A stretch of 62,628 nucleotides of DNA from an uncultured Candidatus Saccharibacteria bacterium (GTDB lineage Bacteria; Patescibacteriota; Saccharimonadia; Saccharimonadales; AWTP1-31). The stretch is taken from NCBI GenBank assembly GCA_964641545.1, contig CAZXLT010000004.1, positions 1-62,628 of the forward strand. Reading direction: 5' to 3'. Below, in pieces: positions 9,730-19,300 of this stretch; the stretch's first letter is position 1; the number at the start of each line of letters is the position of its first letter. The notes beneath the pieces are model-generated. The model worked only from the letters and a program-made list of their open reading frames with translations. It had not been told where the DNA came from and did not search any database. The position numbers and the translations under genes were made by a program.

Positions 9730-9875
9730 AATTAAAGTCCCTAGCAAAGCTAGGGTTTTTAATTTGGTTTATTCGCGCAGCGAATCCGAACCCTAGGGTT
9801 CGGTCGGCAAAGCCAAGCGCATGAGCTTGCTCAGAGCATGGCTGTAATCGTGTGGCTGTCCCTTCGGGTGTACCA
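9730..9875 (+). repeat. tRNA-associated palindromic mini-element A, ending in an exact 18-bp copy of the tRNA-Arg 3' end
   Basis: gtcccttcgggtgtacca at 9712-9729 and 9858-9875; perfect palindrome ccgaaccctagggttcgg; core shared with element B at 24.1-24.3 kb. Confidence 0.8.
9739..9760 (+). terminator. Intrinsic terminator after tRNA-Arg
   Basis: ccctagc-aaa-gctaggg followed by TTTTT. Confidence 0.8.
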
Positions 9876-10016
9876 TTTTACGGATCAGAGTAGTTTCGTT
9901 TAGCCAAAGACCAACGCAAAAATCGTATCTGTTGGTGCAGTTCGAATCCCTATTGCCCAAGCGGTTGTGTTTATCTATATGTGCCATTGTACAATGTTCA
10001 GAAGTAAGGAGATATT

Positions 10017-10418
10017 ATGGCAACTGCAGGCAACGAACTTATTATCCGTACATTTGAAGTAATTGAGCCTGGAGATTGCTTAATGCTCACGGGTGGTACT
10101 TTTCCTGGTCAAAATGATGAAGCCACTGTACAAATTGATGTTGCTCATATTTTTCCTTTCATGAATGTGTTTGCCACTGCGCTCGGCAACAGAAAACAGG
10201 CTGACGAACATCCAGTACGAGATAATCCCTTGGGTATTACCGACGAACATGCTGAGGAAACTATGAAAAGGAATGACAGCAGGTTTCGCTTTGACGCTGC
10301 AGACCCGTGGTTTAGAGTTGCTTCCAGAGCCGCATTATTAGGAGAAATCGAGGTTGATATGGTGGCTGTAGGTGCCAATATTCAGCCAGATTTTTACTTT
10401 GTGACCAAACCAAAATAG
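10017..10418 (+). CDS. Hypothetical protein
   Basis: 133-aa ORF with SD AAGGAG and an upstream TACAAT. Confidence 0.7.
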   Translation: MATAGNELIIRTFEVIEPGDCLMLTGGTFPGQNDEATVQIDVAHIFPFMNVFATALGNRKQADEHPVRDNPLGITDEHAEETMKRNDSRFRFDAADPWFRVASRAALLGEIEVDMVAVGANIQPDFYFVTKPK

Positions 10419-10470
10419 TTCTAACCTGTGCAAGAACGCTCGACCACATTGCTCATGGTAGACTGGTCTT

Positions 10471-10806
10471 ATGAAGAAATCTACAAAGTGGCTATTGCTA
10501 GTTATTATCGCATTTATACCGTCATTCTTTGTTACACGATCCGAAACTCGATATAATGCGAGTCCATGTCTATATACTGAAGTTTGCCAGGAAAAAACTT
10601 TAGGCACTAAGAAAATAATAAACTACGGTTTCCCGGCAAGTTATGGTCAGTCCACGGAATTTATTCCAATCGACAGCTCAAAATTTGGATTAGTAGACCA
10701 AGGCGGGGACAAGAACTACACACTAATAATTGCGAATATACTTTTTTGGACTCTAATTCTTGACAATTTACTTATGTTCTTAGTCAAGCGAAGGTCTGGG
10801 AAGTAG
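10471..10806 (+). CDS. Hypothetical membrane protein
   Basis: N-terminal and C-terminal hydrophobic helices. Confidence 0.6.
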   Translation: MKKSTKWLLLVIIAFIPSFFVTRSETRYNASPCLYTEVCQEKTLGTKKIINYGFPASYGQSTEFIPIDSSKFGLVDQGGDKNYTLIIANILFWTLILDNLLMFLVKRRSGK

Positions 10807-11030
10807 TAGAGTTGTAAGTTCCAGGATGATGCTGTGTCGATGAAAGCGGCGGAGTACGATTCTGGCATCTGCTCCGATTTTGTGTATTGCTCATGATAAA
10901 CAACGCACCAGCGTGTATGCTTAATTGATTGGGAAATGTACGACGCACTATGCTTACACGAGTGCAAAATGAACTATTGAAATTTATTAAAACGGCGTAT
11001 AGTATTACGGCACTTAATAGGGAGGCCGCG

Positions 11031-11657
11031 ATGGTCGCCAACCACATTGAACGAAGACGCGCTGTAAACAAACTAGCTGAAGAATACTTAACGTCTCGAC
11101 CGAACTTGAATAGAGCTCATGAACCACTAGGTATATTTTTCCTAGCATGTACGGGCGCGGGTAAAACTACAATTACCAAGCAACTGGTTGCACGTTGTCG
11201 GGTAACGTATCTTTCAAACGATGAGGTCAAGGAGCTCCTTAAAAGACATCCTGAGACAAGCCAACACAATATTCACTTCAGTGAAGTGGTGGTGGCGACG
11301 TGGGTGAAGATTATGGATGGCTTACCCAACAAAGCGGTTATCTTTGATACAAGCATCATTGCTCATTACAGACGACCAGGAAGCTATTGGGAAATGGTGG
11401 GCGAACGTGACGTGAAACGGTTTGTAATAAATCTTGAGCTTAGTGCTGAACAGCTGCGAGCACGTGTGCTGCTCCGCGGAGAGGAAACCACGTTAACCCT
11501 TGGCTATCTTCAACAACAGATGATTGACTACAAGCGAACGCAAGAAAATATAAAAGCGGACTGGACTAAACGCGGTAGTTTTTCTGAGTACGACGTTAAT
11601 CGCTTAGTCAGTAATCTTCCTGTACGCTCTGCACGTTCTGTGATACCGATTGCTTGA
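11031..11657 (+). CDS. P-loop kinase-like protein (AAA_33-like)
   Basis: Walker A-like ACTGAGKTT, YLSNDEVK, VIFDTS; SD GGGAGG before ATG 11031 (the ORF track starts at 10929). Confidence 0.65.
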   Translation: MVANHIERRRAVNKLAEEYLTSRPNLNRAHEPLGIFFLACTGAGKTTITKQLVARCRVTYLSNDEVKELLKRHPETSQHNIHFSEVVVATWVKIMDGLPNKAVIFDTSIIAHYRRPGSYWEMVGERDVKRFVINLELSAEQLRARVLLRGEETTLTLGYLQQQMIDYKRTQENIKADWTKRGSFSEYDVNRLVSNLPVRSARSVIPIA

Positions 11658-11689
11658 AAAATCAAAAAATACTTCTATAATAGGCCGAT

Positions 11690-12601
11690 ATGTTGAGGAG
11701 AGTTGAAAATTTAAGACATTCGACCGCTGACCCAGTGGTGAGGGCTGCGGCTATGGCGTATTACGGTTTAGACCCACGCCACGGAGTTACAGAAGTTGCC
11801 CCAACTCTTGAACGTGTACGTGACTCAATGGATGATACGCCGGTCCAACCCCAGCATCGCTTATTACTAGCTTCAGCAATAACGGAACTTGCACTACGCC
11901 CAAGGGAAACACCCAAACGACGCTCCCGGGCAATTAGAGCTGCACGTAGGCTTCTATTGCCATTCGACGAATGGACCGATGGAAGTATAGGCAAAGATGT
12001 TGACGTCGATACTGCAGTTGGTGCACGCCGGCTCAACGAAACAGGCCGGATTATTAGTGACTCTAGTAAAAGTACTCGTGTCGAAGCTGCACGAATGAAT
12101 GCTCATCTGCTTGAGCAACTTATAGCCGCCAGCACCAATGACTCGTTGAAGCGAGAGCAGCGCGAAGGGTCTTTAGGTCAGGCATTTCGACAAAGTGTTT
12201 TGTGCTTGCTGAGTGGTCCAGAAGCAGCGGAACGAGGCTTAGCTGCGTATGGAGCATTTGAACGGCAAGATACCAATGTCACATATGTCCCAGAAGGTAG
12301 ATATCAGTGGTCTGTTACAGTTGAGTCAGACGGGACTGACCTGCCTGTGGGTGAATATAGAGTGCAACCAACCCTAGGTCTAGCAGGCAACGGAATGAAA
12401 CTGCATCCTGATCTCGCCGTTGTCTCAGCCGTAGTCCACTTAGGTGATAACCCATACATGAATGAACGGCTAGCAGTTGGGAGGGCAATTCTTGATGGTA
12501 CTGACTGTGCTGTTGAGCAAGGTCTTAACAATGTAGTGCATGTTCTTGAGCAAACTGGTCCAGTTGCATCGGCTCGGATCGTCTTTCCGAATGCAGCCTA
12601 G
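11690..12601 (+). CDS. Hypothetical protein
   Basis: 303-aa ORF; TTGAAA-16-TATAAT promoter 8 nt before the ATG. Confidence 0.7.
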   Translation: MLRRVENLRHSTADPVVRAAAMAYYGLDPRHGVTEVAPTLERVRDSMDDTPVQPQHRLLLASAITELALRPRETPKRRSRAIRAARRLLLPFDEWTDGSIGKDVDVDTAVGARRLNETGRIISDSSKSTRVEAARMNAHLLEQLIAASTNDSLKREQREGSLGQAFRQSVLCLLSGPEAAERGLAAYGAFERQDTNVTYVPEGRYQWSVTVESDGTDLPVGEYRVQPTLGLAGNGMKLHPDLAVVSAVVHLGDNPYMNERLAVGRAILDGTDCAVEQGLNNVVHVLEQTGPVASARIVFPNAA

Positions 12602-12616
12602 GGTACAATAGCTGCA

Positions 12617-13876
12617 GTGAAGAATTTCGAAGAAGTTAAAAATCTGCTTGGTCAGCACGTTGCGAAACCCGGCATGTTTAAGAAAAAGTACAATCTTGAT
12701 ACCATGCGGCATCTTTTAGATGCCTTAGGTAATCCCCAGGAGCAGTACAAGACGGTGCACATTGCTGGAACCTCCGGCAAAACATCAACCGCTTATTACA
12801 TGACCGCTCTCCTGCATAGCGTTGGGCAGAAGGTAGGGCTGACAGTATCGCCCCACATAGATGAGGTGAATGAACGAGTGCAGATAAATCTTGTACCGTT
12901 GGAAGAAGCAGAGTTTTGTAAAGAATTCACAGAGTTTATAAAACTAATAAACAAGTTAAGTATTAAACCTAGTTACTTTGAATTGCTGGTCGCTTTTGCG
13001 TACTGGGAATTTGCTCGTCAAGAAGTTGATTACGCGGTAGTAGAGACGGGCTTGGGAGGTTTGCTTGATGGTACAAATACTATTTCGCGCCGCGACAAAG
13101 TTTGTATCCTTACGGATATTGGCTTTGACCATGCTGAAATTTTAGGAAATACTCTCTCAAAAATTGCCTCACAAAAGGTGGGAATTGTGCAGGCTCACAA
13201 CGCGGTTATCACTTACAACCAAGACGACGATATTATAAAAGTATACCGTATGCACGCCGCTAGGCAACACGCACAACTAGTAATCGCAGAAGAACCGAAT
13301 AGTAACGAAAAGGATGATTTGCCACTGTTCCAGCAGCGAAATTACTGGCTGGCGCTACAAGCATTCGAGTATGTTGCGCAACGGGACAGTCTACCAGGCA
13401 TCGATAACCACAAAGCCAAAAAAGTACAACAAACGCGTATACCGGCACGAATGGAGGAAGTCGTCCACAAAAACAAGATAGTGATAGTTGATGGGTCGCA
13501 TAATTCGCAGAAAATGCACGCGCTTGTGGCCAGCTTCCGTAGTAAATACCCAGAAACCAAGATTCCCATCTTACTCTCTATTGTAAGTGATAAGCAACCA
13601 GAATTGCGTCAAATTCTGCAAGAAGTACGACCAATTGCCAAACGTATTATTGTAACTGCATTTGCATCTGCACAAGACATGCAGAAGCGAGCAATTGACC
13701 CACAAGTCATTAAAGGCGAGGCCGATAGTTTGGGCATTGCAACGCTCGTAGAGCCAGACCCTAAACAGGCATTTGGCAGGTTATTGGCTGAACCAGAACA
13801 TATAATTCTTGTTACGGGATCGTTCTACTTACTGAACTCTATCCGACCCATCCTATTGGAGGAAAAGCGTGATTAG
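12617..13876 (+). CDS. folC: Folylpolyglutamate synthase / dihydrofolate synthase (Mur ligase fold)
   Basis: HIAGTSGKTST, SPHI...ERVQIN, YFELL, VVETGLGGLLDGTN, IGFDH, VDGSHN, LVTGSFYL. Confidence 0.92.
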   Translation: MKNFEEVKNLLGQHVAKPGMFKKKYNLDTMRHLLDALGNPQEQYKTVHIAGTSGKTSTAYYMTALLHSVGQKVGLTVSPHIDEVNERVQINLVPLEEAEFCKEFTEFIKLINKLSIKPSYFELLVAFAYWEFARQEVDYAVVETGLGGLLDGTNTISRRDKVCILTDIGFDHAEILGNTLSKIASQKVGIVQAHNAVITYNQDDDIIKVYRMHAARQHAQLVIAEEPNSNEKDDLPLFQQRNYWLALQAFEYVAQRDSLPGIDNHKAKKVQQTRIPARMEEVVHKNKIVIVDGSHNSQKMHALVASFRSKYPETKIPILLSIVSDKQPELRQILQEVRPIAKRIIVTAFASAQDMQKRAIDPQVIKGEADSLGIATLVEPDPKQAFGRLLAEPEHIILVTGSFYLLNSIRPILLEEKRD

Positions 13877-14351
13877 ATTTATCGCCGCAATAGACGCTGG
13901 GCGTGGACTAGCTAACGAGCATGGAATCCCATGGCAGGGCAAAATTCCTTCGGATGTTGCTTACTATCGCCGGGCAATACAGGATGGGCTAAAACTCATG
14001 GGGTTTGGGGTCTACAAAGAAATAAGCAAGCCATTCCCCAACGGGATTAACTATGTTGCTACTCGGAAAACCGAAAAATTGCGTCGTGGGTTTGAAAACG
14101 TAGAAGATGCTCGCCAATTTTTGCTGACTCACGCCGATGAGGACGTGTGGAATTTGGGTGGCGCATTGCTATTTGAGGATACATTTGACTTGGCAGACGA
14201 ACTCTACCTAACAATATTGGAGGGTGATTTTGAGTGTACAAAATTTTTCCCAAAATATAATGAAAAGTTTGAGCAGGTCTCTACCGGCAAACCAATAACT
14301 GAGAACGGTATCTGTTTTAGATTTACAAGGTGGAAGAAGCGTCGTAGTTGA
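13869..14351 (+). CDS. folA: Dihydrofolate reductase
   Basis: IAAID..RGL....GIPW..IPSD, VWNLGGA, ADELYLT, TKFFP; overlaps folC. Confidence 0.85.
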   Translation: MIRFIAAIDAGRGLANEHGIPWQGKIPSDVAYYRRAIQDGLKLMGFGVYKEISKPFPNGINYVATRKTEKLRRGFENVEDARQFLLTHADEDVWNLGGALLFEDTFDLADELYLTILEGDFECTKFFPKYNEKFEQVSTGKPITENGICFRFTRWKKRRS

Positions 14352-14373
14352 CTGTAAGGCGTGGTATTATCTT

Positions 14374-15588
14374 CTATTCTCGGCGCAAAGCATCTATTGG
14401 GTTGATCTTTTGGGCACGTCGAGCAGGGAAGTAGGCAACCGCTAGTCCGACGGCAACCATGAACACTACAAGCGATAATATAAGCCATGGGGGCATGTAG
14501 AACACATCAAATGTTTCGTCGACACGCTCTGCGGTGCTTCGATTGATGAATGCGTTTACAATCCGCCCGCCTGTAAATGCGAATAGGACACCCGATAGCG
14601 CACCAATAATAGAAAGCATGACTGCCTCCAGCATGAATAGTCGTCGCATATCTTGGCGCCTACCGCCCAAAGTGACCATAAGACCAATTTCTTTCGTACG
14701 CTCTAACAAAGATATGGTGAGCGTGTTAAACATACCGAGCAGTGCAACAACAATGCCAATTGCACCAAAACCTGCGAGGATAATGTTAAAAAACTTAAAA
14801 AGTTGATTTATCTGCTCGAGGGTGTCAACAGGTGAACTTGTTTGGAATCCACTCGACTCGATTTGTTTACGTAGTGCGGGGATGTTATCGGCATTGTCGG
14901 CAATTACCTTTGCTTGTTTATAAGTGGGAACCCCCGCAACAGTAAAGATGCCTGCTGGTACAAATACTTCATTATTTTGTCCTGAATCAATGATACCAAC
15001 AATTTTAAAGCCGCTCTTTAGTTCATTGGCTTGAGTGGCATTTTGTAGTGGAACAGTAATTTCTATTGTTCGATTCAAAGCTTTGTTCGGGTCATTCAGT
15101 CCTATTGCCTTGAGCGCTGCAGTACTAATGACAGCGGCCTTATTGTCTTCATTTTTCAGCAATCGTCCCTTGGTAATATTTAAAGTTGTCATTTCCTGAA
15201 ATGCTTGATCAATTCCATAGATTACCGAATCGATACCGCCTCCGCTCAAACTTATGCTTGCAGGAAAAGAGTATGCGGACCCAATTTGCTCAATATGTGG
15301 AAAGCCTTTTATTTTATTCATTGCCTGACTGTCGAGTTTGACGATTTTGGAGTTTGGGCTTGTTATCTCGACAGATTTGATCGATGTGTCACCGATAACA
15401 TTTTGTGTAACTAGACGTTGGAGCCCAAGACCGAAAGATACCAGAAAACCGATGGAGCCGATGCCAATTACAATTCCAGTCATCGTCAGAGTTGAGCGAA
15501 GTTTTTTGCTTGTTATATTTTTCCAGGACAGATAGAACAAGTTTTTATACTGAATACGTGGTCTTCGGTTTTTGTCTATTTCATCCAT
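14374..15588 (-). CDS. MacB/FtsX-family ABC transporter permease
   Basis: KLRSTLTMTGIVIGI, MFNTLTISLLERTKEIGLM, PARRAQKINPIDALR. Confidence 0.92.
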   Translation of the reverse strand: MDEIDKNRRPRIQYKNLFYLSWKNITSKKLRSTLTMTGIVIGIGSIGFLVSFGLGLQRLVTQNVIGDTSIKSVEITSPNSKIVKLDSQAMNKIKGFPHIEQIGSAYSFPASISLSGGGIDSVIYGIDQAFQEMTTLNITKGRLLKNEDNKAAVISTAALKAIGLNDPNKALNRTIEITVPLQNATQANELKSGFKIVGIIDSGQNNEVFVPAGIFTVAGVPTYKQAKVIADNADNIPALRKQIESSGFQTSSPVDTLEQINQLFKFFNIILAGFGAIGIVVALLGMFNTLTISLLERTKEIGLMVTLGGRRQDMRRLFMLEAVMLSIIGALSGVLFAFTGGRIVNAFINRSTAERVDETFDVFYMPPWLILSLVVFMVAVGLAVAYFPARRAQKINPIDALRRE

Positions 15589-16357
15589 TTTGCTTCACCC
15601 TTGCTAGTCGCTCAACGCGGTGCTTCATTTCATCAAAAAGTTCCTTAGTTGTTTTTTTGATGTCATCGTTAACCATCTGCTGACAGTGACCATCAACAAT
15701 ATGGATAAGCTGATCGGCCAGTGGTAAATACTCCATATTGTGCGTAACGAGGATTACATTTTTCTTAAGGTCGGTATTGTAACTTCTAAGCAGTGCCATG
15801 ACCATGTCGCCATTACGGCTATCTAAACTTCCTGTGGGCTCGTCGGCAATAATAAACTGAGGATCTGCAACAATTGCACGCGCTATAGCTACACGCTGTT
15901 GCTCACCTCCAGACAGCAGTAGCGGACTCTTTTTGGCGAATGTCGCCATATCGACGCGCTGCAGTGCATCCATCGCAGTCTTTGCTGCAGCAGAACGAGT
16001 ATAGCCTAAAAAGAGTAGGGGTATGGAGACGTTCTCGATAACATTGAGGCTGTGTACCCAGTAATTTGACTGATACACAACACCAATTCGTTTGGCTCTA
16101 AAATAGGCTCGTTGCTCCGGATTATACTTATAAATGTCTCGTCCCTCAAAGAAAACGGTTCCGGCAGTTGGGCTTTGTATACCACTAAGCACGTTAAGTA
16201 GTGTTGACTTACCAGACCCTGATCTACCAAATATTATATTGAAGCTGCTGGGCTGGATCGTAAAGCTGCTTTGATGCAGAACTCTAACGGTTTCTTCGCC
16301 TACCTTAAATGACTGTTCAATGTTGTCGACCTTAACGATTGGGCTTCCGTTTTGCAT
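15581..16357 (-). CDS. ABC transporter ATP-binding protein (LolD/MacB type)
   Basis: GRSGSGKSTLL, LSGGEQQRVAIARA, IIADEPTGSLD, VTHN. Confidence 0.95.
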   Translation of the reverse strand: MQNGSPIVKVDNIEQSFKVGEETVRVLHQSSFTIQPSSFNIIFGRSGSGKSTLLNVLSGIQSPTAGTVFFEGRDIYKYNPEQRAYFRAKRIGVVYQSNYWVHSLNVIENVSIPLLFLGYTRSAAAKTAMDALQRVDMATFAKKSPLLLSGGEQQRVAIARAIVADPQFIIADEPTGSLDSRNGDMVMALLRSYNTDLKKNVILVTHNMEYLPLADQLIHIVDGHCQQMVNDDIKKTTKELFDEMKHRVERLARVKQNG

Positions 16358-19300
16358 TTACAGCCCAAACGCTTTCCGTAGTGTATTGAGAACAATATTG
16401 AGGACGCTGTCTGACGCGCGCTCAATAATGGCAGCCTGTCCTGGTGCAGCCGTGAGGTTACGCGCTTTGTCGCGAGATTCTGGTGAAATGCTATAGACCT
16501 TACTTGGCGGCAAGTCTGACACGATAACGAGATGCTCGGTTGTGAGTTGTGCGTCCTCGGCGGTTCGATTATTAAAGGTTTTTACATTAGAACCCTCTGC
16601 AAATGCAACTTGACTGGTGGAAGGCTCGTCAGTTTTCCATGATACGACGATCTGACCACGCGCTTCTGCGCCAGATCCACGAACCGTGGGTTCAATGACG
16701 ACTTCGCTTATTGCTGGTGGGCGCGTATCGAGGGCGGTTTTGAATGTTTGCCTATCCGACACTGCCAGATTTCCGCTTGCATCCCGACTTTGAGCAAGCA
16801 GGAAATACTCACTTTCATCTTGCAGGCTGCGTATAATTATTTCGTGGGACGTCTTAATTTCGCTGTTCTGAATATTTGTTCCGTTGCTGCCGATTTTTCC
16901 ATACTGGAGTGTTGCATCAGTTGGAACGTTAGTTTCCCAGGTCACTTTTTGCGTGCTGGTTGGCTCGCCGCTTATTGGCTGGAAGCGCAAGTTAGAAATT
17001 TGTGGACGTGGTGGGGTCGTAAACGAGAATATGCTACTTGTATATGTTCCGCCTTCCGAATCGTACATTGTAAGTCGGTAAAAATATTTAGTTCCATCAT
17101 CTATTCCATCTATATCGATGTCGTAGGTTGATTGCTGCGATGACGTATTAATTGACTTTATGCCGCCAAAGGAATCGCTTTTACCATAGTTCAAATCAAT
17201 CTTAACCGCATCTTTGACAGTGAACTGAATTGTTGCGTTACTGAGTCCTATAGCAAGTGTATTTACTTCTTTAAGTACCGGAGCCGGTGCTGTTTTAAAG
17301 CTGTACTCTTGACTTGATCCTGTGTTTCCATCTTCATCTGTCCATTTTGCTTTGAAGTAATACGTTGTGCCCGCTGCCAGGTTATCTAGACTGATTTCGT
17401 GAGATGTGACTTGGTTTGAGTTACCAACCTCTGACTGACTATATTCACCACTTGATGTGCCTATTGCAATTTTGCTGTCAGAGTTACGATCGGTTGACCA
17501 ACGTATTGTAGCGCGTTTGGTTGTTACTGCGCTGACTGCGGGTTCGCTAGTAGCGCCCGCCGGCGAGGTGAATTTGCCAGTTGGTGTTTTTGATGCGACT
17601 GAGGTTTCGGCGCCGCAGTTGTTGGCGCTGTCACAAGCTTTGACTTTGTATGAGTACTGGACCTGTGAAAGACTGCCGTCAACGAAGGAAGTACTGCTAC
17701 TTGTCCCGACTTGGGAGTAGCTTCCGCCAGTTGAGCGATAAATGCGGTATGAGTTAATTCCTGCTCCGGCATCACTTGGCGCATCCCAGGTAACGGCAAG
17801 CCGCCAGTTGCTTGTAGCCTTGACTGAAACATCGGCAACATCAATATTGTTTGGTATTCCGGGTGCCGCGGTATTTGCGGTAAAGGTCGTCGATGCGTAA
17901 CTTGAGTAGTTGATGGCATTAAAGTCATCTTTGGCAACAACATAAAAAGTATTGGCTCCCGGCTGCGTAGCAAATGCACCTGCAGTGAGCTCGGTAACGC
18001 CTTCGTCCGTGAACGTACAGTTGTTAGCTGTAGGGGTGGTGTTGACCGTATAGCAGTAACGCAGTTTGTCCGCCTCACCTGTTGTTGTGTTGAATGTTGC
18101 AGGGGCATTCCACTCAAAAGCGAACGAGTTAGTTGTATTTGTCGTGGGTGATGCACTGACGTTTTGTGGTTCACTTGGCGCGCCACTCGTGTTTATTTTG
18201 ACAGCAGCGCTTACATAGCTTGTACTAACATTGCCTGCATTATCCCAGGCTCTAAAATAAACGGTGTTGATACCATCTTCTAAATTAGAAAAGTCCGGAC
18301 TTGAAATGGTGGTATAACTGCCATCATTGCTGAGTAAATCGTCAATATCACCATCGCCAGTATGTGAGTCGCCATACCATGTAGAATTATTAATTTTGTA
18401 TTGCAGGCCTGCAAGACCAGAGTTGCTGTCAGCGGGTGCACCAGTACCACTGCTTGGCCACGTTAAGGTTACTGTCTTGGTATTAATAAACTGGGATGGT
18501 GCCGAAACATAGCCCGGGTTGCTCGCCGGAGTATTGTCGAATCGGAATTGGAACTGTGCGGCGGGTTCGTCAGTTACATTACCCACCACATCCACGGCCA
18601 GCATTCGCAAATAATAGGGTGAGCTTGACGTTGATAGTGCGGTTTGCAATAAGCCGGCAGTTGCGAGGTTTAGTGAGGTCCCCGATACAATGAACGGACA
18701 GCTATTGTTGTTTACTGGACTTGTTCCTAAAAGTCCTTTGGTGGTCGTTGGGTCGGCAGTATTATCGGTCCCTAGGTATACACAGTAGCCAAGTAATCCG
18801 GAGCCTCCTGCATTGTCTGCTCCCGCGGTCCACTCAAAATAGGGACTTGCTCCATTAGTCCATCCGTTTGAAGATACGCTTGCACCGCCACTAGCTTTTT
18901 TCATGCTCAAACTAGAGGCATTTGTAGTTGGGCCAATAATGTCGTAAGCATCGTACTCCAAACTAAAACTTGTAAAGACAGGTGTATTCCCGCTCGATTG
19001 GGTTAACGTAACCTCGTACTGTATGTATCTATAACCATCGGTGACGCAGCTGTTATTAGAGATGTCTGCTCCAGAACTAATTGCACTACACGACCCAAAA
19101 GCCGTAGCGCCACTCATGTCTGAATTGGATGACGTACGAACTTTTACTTGTGTCGACCCAGGAATTGTCGTGCTGTAACTCAGTACCCCCCAATCTCCTC
19201 CGTAGCCTGGGTCAAGTATTGCAGAAGTCAAATACCCACTAGATTCGTACCTATAAAGGCTTACATTATCTACGTATATCGTTTTTCCTTGTTTTGCTAG

